This document shows positions 1-9,000 of a DNA stretch of 19,995 nt, piece after piece. The stretch comes from an uncultured archaeon. Lineage in GTDB: Archaea > Altiarchaeota > Altiarchaeia > JAFGQM01. Within the stretch, counting starts at the first letter, position 1. Every line of letters starts with the position of its first letter. Location: the NCBI GenBank assembly GCA_964592405.1, contig CAZQBY010000011.1, positions 1 through 19,995 on the forward strand. Reading direction: 5' to 3'. The translations under genes were made by a program, and so were the position numbers. The notes beneath the pieces were generated by a model. That model worked only from the letters and a program-made list of their open reading frames with translations. It was not told the DNA's origin and searched no databases.

Positions 1-3000
1 AGGTCACGGTCGTGGACTTCTCCGTCGTGCCGTTGCCAGGGGAGTTAAGGGTCACATTTGGGAAGTTATCTGGAACATAGCTCACGTTCCACCAGGCGTT
101 GGTCGTGTTGGCGTGGTTTGCTGAAGAGTCCTCGCAGGTAGCGTTTATGGTGGAATAGTTGCCATTAGGCATATTAGTGAAGTTCCACGAGATATACGTA
201 CCTACAGTGGAGTTGGGGTAGGCCGTGCCGTTGAAGTAGAGGGTACAGTTGACATCCTCGCTAGCCGTTATGTTTATGGTGGTGGAGTTGAAGGCAGTGG
301 TCGAGTTGTGGCCGTTGGCGTAGGTCCAGTTCCACTCTAGCTCCGGGGCTGTTGTATCTCCCTCCCCGATGGTGTAGTTAGACCACGCGCTGACCTTGAA
401 GATGACCGTGGCCGCGTCCAGGGAGGTATAGGCGTGGCAGCTTGGGGTGGTCTGGTCGTTGCAAACCTCGCCGTTTCTCAGGATGACCGGGTTGCTGAAG
501 CCCCACTCGTCGATTTCGTAGAGAGTGATGTTGGCCGTGGAGTTTATCCCGTCCCAGGGCGAGGTGAAGGCGGGGGCGAGGTAGGCGGTGTTGTTGCCGA
601 TGATTATGTTGTGCTTGGTGGCGTCACTCTCGCCGAAGGTCAGGTCGCCCTTGGTGGAGAGGTTCTGGCGGAAGCTTGAGCTGGTCCAGTTGATGATTCC
701 ATGGCTATTCTGGTAGTGGAAGTAGTTGGTGTATCCGACTCCGCTGGAGTCGTTTATCTCTGTGTTGTAGGCGTTCTGGAAGGTGTTGTTCCAGAAGGTG
801 TTGGTGCCAGAACTGACAATGTAAAGCGAGTAGTTGCCGCCCGTAACGGTGTTGTCCCAGAAGCGGTTGGAATCCGCGCCTGATTCGAGGTAGATGCCCG
901 CCGATTTTGCGTTCGGGGCGGTTGCGTTGATTGTGCATGCAGAAACATTGGTTGAGTCCGCGCCATACAGATAGATTCCATAGCTTCGGAAATAGGATGT
1001 GGACGACGCTGAGGTGATGTTCATTGTCTCATTTTGGATGGTGTTGGAGTTCATGGACGTGCCGGAATTATCCAGATAGACTCCATAGGCGAATGAGCTT
1101 GCGTTCAAGTCAAAAGTGTTGTCACGGATGGTGTTGGAATCCGACGTGCCCTCATTACTCAGATAGACTCCATTGGTGGATAATGCGTTCAAGTCAAAAG
1201 TGTTGTCCCGGATGGTGTTGGAGCTCATGGACGTGCCCCCATTAGTCAGATAGACTCCGTAGGCGGTTGAGCTTGCGTTCAAGTCAAAAGTGTTGTCCCG
1301 GATGGTGTTGGAGCTCATGGACGTGCCGGAATTATCCAGATAGACTCCGTAGATCTCTGAGCTTGCGTTCAAGTCAAAAGTGTTGTCCCGGATGGTGTTG
1401 TAATCCGACGTGCCGGAATTCCACAAAAAGACTCCATAGGCAATATAGTTTCCAGAGTTTATTGCGAGGGTGTTGTTCGTGATGTTGTTGCTTCCTGCTG
1501 TCTTCCCTGAATTGACGTAGACATAGATTGCATAAGAGTATGATGAGCCTCCTGTTGCATTCCACTCGATGGTGTTGTTCTTGATATCCACTGAGTCGGA
1601 GTCTGTCATGTGTATGGCATAGGTTGTGTCGCTGTGCTGCGTCTTCAGGTCGTTGTCATCTATGGTTGAAGAGTTGGTGTTGGTGAAGCGTATGCCGTAG
1701 TTGCTGTTGTTCCAGAGCGTGTTGTTGGATATCGTTATGTTGACGACTGCCTTCGCGGCTATGCCTATGGTGTTGTTGTTTATGGTTGAGTTGATGACTG
1801 TGACGTTGTCCGCTGTTATGTTGACCCCGCAGTAGGGATCATCCACTGTGATGTTCTGTACTGTCACATTGGAGGCGGAAATTTTGACAGCCGAGGAGAC
1901 AAAGTCCTCTATGTAGCAGTTCTTGATGGTGACATTGCTCGTAGTTGAGTTTATGGCTATCTCCGCCACAGCACCGCCATCTATGTGATGGCTGCTACAG
2001 TCAAAGACCACATTGTCCGCTGTGATGTTGAAGCAGGTGTGGTCGGTTGTTATGTCCGAGGATAGTGTATAGGTCCAGCCCGAATGGCTTAGCTCTGTGC
2101 ATGCTGAAATCTCGCCAACGGCTATTCTTATCCACGCATTTGTGGTATTGGCGTTGTTTCCGCTCTCATCATCGCAGGTTGCGTTGATTGGCGTGTAGTT
2201 GCCGTTGGAGAGCCCCTTCCTCCACCAGCATATCTGCGTGCCTGTGGTTGTGTTGACATACCTCGTGCCAGCGAAGATGAGGGTGCAGTTCACTACCTCA
2301 TTGGAGTCCACGCATATCTTGGTCTTGTTCGTTTGGGTCAGCGTGGAGTTGATGTCTGCCCAGTTCCATGTGAGAATCGGTGGGGTGGTGTCAGGACCTG
2401 TATGGGTAATATTATTGCCTTCTGTTCCGGGCTCGACAGTGAGGTTATAGATTGTGACATTGTAGACGCTGCCATCCTGCACATAGGTGAAGCAGGTCTG
2501 CGTTACAGGTCCGCTGCACTGGAGTATTTCCTCCACATTGAAGTGGCCATCATGGGAGATGAAGTTGAAGCTGTAAGGTTCAAAACTCATGTTGAACTTG
2601 GTTGTATTCAGTGTTATATTGCTGGCAGCCAGACTGTCTATCATCATCGTCAAATCACTGCCGTCATCGAAGGAAGAACTGGAGTTGAAGTAGATGTCAA
2701 CAGATGAGTCAATCAGGTGGCCTGCCTCATCATAGAGGTAGGTGATGTTGTCGGTTCCGGAGGGACGCTCTTCCTCCAGCACAAAGGTGCCGTTTAAGAT
2801 GTAAACCTCCTCCATCGGGCCTATTGTAACATTGCCGAAGTCGTCCGTGAAAAGGGTCAGCGTGGAGGTGTTCGCGTTCCAGGCGTGGGTGAAGTTTCTT
2901 CTCAGGTGGACAGTGGCGTTGAAGGTATGGTTAGTGAAGACATTATAGAGCTGCATGTAGGAATCCCTGTCAAAGAGCATGAGCTCGCTCTGTTCCACAC

Positions 3001-6000
3001 GGCTGCCGTTTACCAGAGTACCTATCTGGGCGACCGAAAGCAGGTTGGCCACCAGGGTCTGGCCACTGTCCTGATCATACCACAGATCCGTGTAGGCATT
3101 ATATTCTGAAGACAAGCTGGATGTCCTTGTCCTGTTTATGCGCAGGTCATCTATGTAGAAGGTGTGCGCCCCGTTCCCGAAGTCACTGCCGTCTATTGAG
3201 AAGTTGACTGTTTGTATATTGCTCCTTGAAAGACCGCTTATGTCTATCTCCACCAGACTCCAGCCGCTCGAAAGCTGGGAGGAGAAGTCATATTTATCCA
3301 GCACCCAAGAGCCGCTGTTCTTTAGGGAGATGTAATAGTTGGGTGCTGTCTCGGTCGTGTAGAACCAGAAGGTAAGGTCAGTAAACTGGTCCCAATCGGC
3401 AAAGGCGTTTTCACCAGAACCGCTAACAGGCCGGGATATGTACTTGAGATTATTGTCCGAGCCGCTCTGTGTGAAGGTCCACTGGAGAGACTTCATGTCG
3501 CGCTTCTTCTGCGTCTCGCTGAAGCCAACACTCTGCGTGCCGTCGCTTGCTGTCCATGTGACATTATTGTTCTCAAAGTAGTCGATAACACGCACGCTGT
3601 CATTGCGGGCATTGCTCCTCAGTATGTGCCAGAGGAGTTGCTTTGAAACATTCAGATAGAGTTCATTGCCTGTATGTTTGTATGCGTTGATAACGGCGGT
3701 GAGTGTCCAGGGAATCATATTGTAGTCAGCAAAGACTCCGGAGTCGCCGTTGGTGACAGGTATGCTTGGGCTCTCCCAGTCGTGGCTCATCCTCGAGAGA
3801 CCTCCGGTCATCCAGTAATACTCATCAGGGAACTTGTCCATGAACACACCGGAGTAGATGACGTGGTCCATAATATCATTCCCCCATTCTTTGTAGGTCT
3901 TGTTTCCTGTTATGTCATAGAGCAGATAGAGGGTATTGGCGGTATAAGACTGGGTGTTGAAGGTGACAACCTTTCGCGTATCCTCCAGCATCCATACAGG
4001 TCTCTGGAAGACATAGGTATAGTTCTCCGCTACGCTCGTGGCCCTGTTGAGGTAGGACTGATTGTTTGTGAACATATATGCCTGCAGCATGGTGTTTATA
4101 CCCAGCATCTGTGCATCCCAGTTGTCAGAGTCTACATAGTTCTTGTCTGAGCCATCTGTCTGGATAAGCCACTTCCATCGGTATTTTGTCTCGTTCCACA
4201 ATCCCCCCATGCTACCGGGGGTTGTTTTTTTGTAGAGGCCCTCTATATTCCTCATTATTATCCGCCTTGCGCTTGCGTTGTGCGTGTACATATATTCAGC
4301 TATGAACCCTGCCAGCTGGTGCGGCTGGCTCCACATATAAGCTGTAACATCCTTATACCAATTTTCATCTATATTGTCATCACCTGCCTGACCGGCTACC
4401 ATCACACCCGGCCGCGTAGCGTCCTTGAAATAGCCATATCTCCAGTCACTGGCGCTGTAATCCTTTTCATTGTACCGGAGGGTCTTGTTGAGGTAGGCAT
4501 TGTGTCCCTTGGCCTTGTTGAGATAGTAGGTGTCGCCGGTCTTGTAGAACATTGCCATGAGGGACTTGGAGACAAAGACGTTGTTCCAGTCGCTTGTGTC
4601 ATTTGGCGGATCATCGTTATCATCTTCGCCTGTGTAGTAAGCGGTCTCTGCATAGCCGTCACTGTGGAAGCATGTGTCCAGAACACTCTGGTCCGTAAAG
4701 GCATCCCTGACCTCCTCATAGTGGAAGTTGCTGTAAGATATGCCATTGGAGGCAAGATAATTGCTGTAGTATGTGGATACATTGGTGTCCTCCACCACAA
4801 AGTCCAGTGATATTGTGCTCTTAGCACTCGGCGCAAGGGATGTGCTCCTGTTGAGGACATACAATGTCTGGACGAAGAGTGCTTCTTCGTCGGCCCATGG
4901 GGGATTTGGCTCCATGTTGCGATATATCTGTATTGTCCCGCCACCATAGTTGTTCGGGCCGTAGTTCTTGGCATATCCGATGTAGCTGTCGCTGTAGGCC
5001 ACCGGTTTTATGCGCCTGACATAGTTCGGACCATAGGGATTGTTGTTGCGGTTAACATCACTGAAGAAGGAGGATATGATTCTCCGGCCGGGGAAGATTA
5101 TATATCTGAGTATATCATCGGCAGAGGCCAGCTTGTTGGTTATGGTGTCCACTATGTGTATAGTAGCATTGGTGTAGAGAGTGAAGTTGGTCTGGGTTCC
5201 GATGGTAATGCCGTCCGCCCACGTGGAGCTGAAGGTCCTTTGGGGTGTGGAGAGGTTGAGGACACATCCATCATGTATTATCTGGTGCTGCTGATACAGG
5301 TTGAGAGCCACACCTCTGGGCTTTCCCCCCTGGCCCCACAACTGCTGATAGTTGTCCGACCCATAGGGCGTTGCTATCATGGTCACACCAAACAGGTAGT
5401 TGGGTGGATCAGCATTGTCGTTCAGGAGCCTCTGTTGCTGATAGTAGGGTGTATTCTCCAAGAGAACCTCGTCCCTATAGGTAAAGGTGTCTATTGAATA
5501 ACCGTTCTCACTTGATATTTTCACATCCTGATATCTGAAGGTGAGGTTGGCATAGTCATTGTAGATGGAGATTGTATCATTCACGGAATCCGTGCCACTG
5601 TTATCGCGGTCAACCCAGACTATGGTGCTTGGGAACTCAAAGTGGTTCCATTCGGTGGTATTATGATTTCCTGCAAGATCCGTAGCGTTTATGGTTATAT
5701 TATACTTTCCATAATCCATTCCGGAGAAATCAACAGTAGCGTTCCAGTAGCCGTTGTATATTGTGCCTGACCCCAACGACATGGATGTCCAGGAGGAAGC
5801 CCAGGTCGCGTTGGAGATGCGGTATTTTACCGTGGAAATGCCGGAGGTATCGGAAACAGACACGTTTACCGTCATCTGTATGCACTGGAAGCTGTTGTTC
5901 CTTGGGGAGATTATGGTTATCTGTGGGTTGTCTGTGTCAACTAGGTTGATTTTCACCCAGGCGTTGGTGGTTGTATTGGAGTTATCAGAGATGTCCTCGC

Positions 6001-9000
6001 AGGTTACGTTAATGCTCGAGTAGTTGCCGTTGGATTTTCCTGTTATGTTGTAGCAGACAACCTCCGCTACCGTCTCGTTGACATAGTCAGTGCCGTTGAA
6101 ATGAAAGGTGCAGTTTATCCTCTCCTTCGGCTGGGATGAGTTGACACATATCTTCGTCCATGTAGTCCCTATGGTCGTGTTTATCTGAGACCATTTCCAG
6201 TTTATGTTGGGCGGAGTCTTGTCATCCTCGCTCACGTTCCACCAGGCGTTGGTGGTGTTGGACTCTATTGAAACCTCTGTGTGGCAGGTGGCATTTATGG
6301 GATAGTAGTAAGCATCTGGCATATTTGTGAGGTTCCAGCAGATATTCTTGCCGGATGTGGAGTTTGGATAGGAGTGGATGACACCTGATATATTTACATG
6401 AAGAGTGCAGTTCACTGTCTTGGAGGCATTGACACAGACAGTTGTGGAGTTGTGTCCTGTGGTGTCGTTGACGTCAGTCCAGTTCCAGTCAAGGGCAGCG
6501 GGGGTGGTATCCATAACCGTCAGCGTGGAGGTGTTCTCGCCGTATATGTTGTAGGTGCTGTTGACCTTGATTGTGTAATCACCTGCGGTTGAGGGAGCAG
6601 TAAAGGTGTAGTTGTACTTTCCGTCGAAATCCGTACGGAGGTAGTATTGTTCCGAGCCTATGCTCACATCGGAAGGTGTTGAGTAGGTGTGTGTGTTGTT
6701 GGTCCACAGAGTTACATTGTCGAAGAGACACTCGGCCCATGCACAGACAAGGGCAGCTGCGCCATCTGCAAGATCAGCACTGTTGTATGTCTGCCTAGTC
6801 TGCTGGCTGTAATCTATGAACATCCGAGAGACGGTGTCATTGTTCACTGTCTTTAGACGATACCACCGGTTCAGGCTGAAGCTGTAGCCTCCCTCAAACA
6901 GTGTCTGATAACCGCTGCTGTCCTCTTTTCCGAAGGACCGGTAATCATCATTTATCATCAACATGGAGAGGAACTTGTAACTGCTGCCGTCAAAGCGTGT
7001 GTAGAACTCTGTTTTTGCATTGTATGCACTGCCGCCCCAGTCCCTCATCATAGTATCTCCCTCAAAGACATAATCCCTGAGGGATAATGTACTGGATTTG
7101 TATTTGCCCACATCCCAGCCGCCTGTGTTGCTACAGTTGTAGACCTTGTTGCCATGGTAGTCGCTTATCTTCCAAGTACCCCAGCCGCTGTCCCATGGAT
7201 CGCTGCCCACTTCATAGTTCTCAAAGTCGTCCCATACATAGGCCACCGGATCGTATCCCGGGTCTGTTGCATCCGGGTTGCCATAATAGACCCAGAAGGT
7301 CTTTTCCTGGTCAGCTGTCAGGTTCACCCGGAAGGCTATCTTGCACCAGTGGGCACCCTGCTGGGCAGAAGAGCTGTTGTCCACTGTCTGGACACGGGTC
7401 GGGATACCGTTCTCGTCAATGACACGTATCTCCTTGGTGCAGTTCTCGTCAGCCGTGAGAAGGGTCAGGTTTGAGAGATTTACAACTATGGGCTCATTCC
7501 TTCTTTCGATGCTGGTGCTCTCAGAGATGGTGAGGTTCCTTCTGTATCTCCAGTGGAGGTCCCACCAATCCGGGGAGGAGACGTTTTCATCTACAAAAGT
7601 TGTAATGAGCGCATTATCAAGATATATGCCGATGGTGTTGTTCGGGGCATAGGACCCCTTGTAGCTGACATTTCCATAAACTGTAACGCTACTTCCTGTT
7701 GCCACCGGATTCGGGTTGAGAGTTACAGGTATCTGGAGTTTGTAGCGCCAGCTCACATTCCACCAGGCGTTTGTGGTGTTGGCCTCATTGGAGTATATGC
7801 TCTGGTCGTCGCAGGTTACATTGAGCGTATAGTTGGCATTTTTCATATTCGTGAAGTTCCAGCAGATGTTTGTTCCTACAGTGCTATTGGGATAGGCCTT
7901 GACCGTTCCGGAGATGTTTATGTGCAGGGTGCAGTTCACCAGCTCGGAGGCATTGACACATACTCTGGTAGTATTGAATTCGGTAGTCGCATTGTGGCCG
8001 TTGGCATATGTCCAGTTCCAGTCCAATGCAGGGGGGGTGAGGTCTGGCTGATAACTCACATTCCACCAGGCATTGGTGGTGTTGGACTTAAGACCCACTG
8101 TATTGTTGCATGTTGCGTTTATGGTGGAGTAGTTGCCGTCCTTCATGTTTGTGAAGTTCCAGCAGATGTTTGTTCCCGTGGTGGTATTGCGGTAGGCCGT
8201 ACCGTTAAAGTGAAGGGTGCAGTTTACGAGGTCATCAGAGGACAGGCAGATGGTTGTGGAGTTGGTGGATGTGGTTGCATTCTTGCCGATCCAGTCTGTC
8301 CATGACAGCACAGGCGGGGTGGTATCCGGTTTCCACCACGCAAGAGTAGTATTGGCAGTGTTAAACTGCTGACGCACACACCATGCGTAGTAGGTGTGGT
8401 TGGAACTGGGCAGGTTGGTCTGGTTCCAGGTCGGTGAGGTGGTAAATGTTCCATTTGCCCATTCCCTGTTGTCGCTGTATCGGCGCAATGTGCAATAAGC
8501 AGCGTTGGTGGAGGTTAGCCCTATGGTTGTGGAGTTGTAGCTGGTCGTGGAGTTTTTGCCCGCCCAGGAAGTCCAGGTCAGATGCATGGTATAATTTCTG
8601 CTCACATTCCACCAGGCGTTGGTGGTGTTCGCATGATTCCCGCCGGACTCGCAGGTCGCGTTGATGCTTGAGTAGTTGCCGTTGCCCATGTTAGTAAAGT
8701 TCCAGCAGATGTTCGTCCCTGTGGTCGTGTTGACATAGCTGGTTCCATTGAAGTGGAGGGTACAGTTGACCGCCTTAGAGGCGTTCACGCAGATGGTCGT
8801 GGAGTTGAAGCTCGTGGTAGCGTTGTGTCCGTTGGCATGGGTCCAGTTCCAGTCAATGTCGACGGAGGACAGATAGCTTACCCTCATTTCCGCGTATTCG
8901 ACTCTCATGTCCTCCGAGGCCCTATTAGAGAACACGAGCCAGGTTATCCGGCCGCTCCCGTCTATGTAAGTCGAGAAGCCCGATGACAGTGTGCGGTTCA

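Larger units (their letters stand above)
80..8865 (-). repeat. Eight dispersed ~90-aa Cys/Trp Ig-like repeats within the giant protein
   Basis: Consensus DxTPPxLxWxW..N.TT..NST.ICVN.S..VNCTLHFNGT.Y.N.T.GTNICWNFTNM.NGNYS.INATC......NTTNAWWNVS. Copies lie at about 8600-8865, 8327-8590 (degenerate), 8054-8326, 7751-8044, 6230-6511, 5951-6223, 2123-2392 and 80-358. Confidence 0.85.

Noticed and set aside
1036-1442. CRISPR-like array (constant ~35-bp block with variable intervals)
   Set aside because: The 'spacers' are homologous to each other, unit lengths are multiples of 3 and encode beta-helix rungs in frame, and there are no cas genes or leader.
1036-1442. Diversity-generating retroelement VR/TR pair
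   Set aside because: No reverse transcriptase in the window, many AAC codons are invariant, and the differences are not adenine-restricted and include indels.
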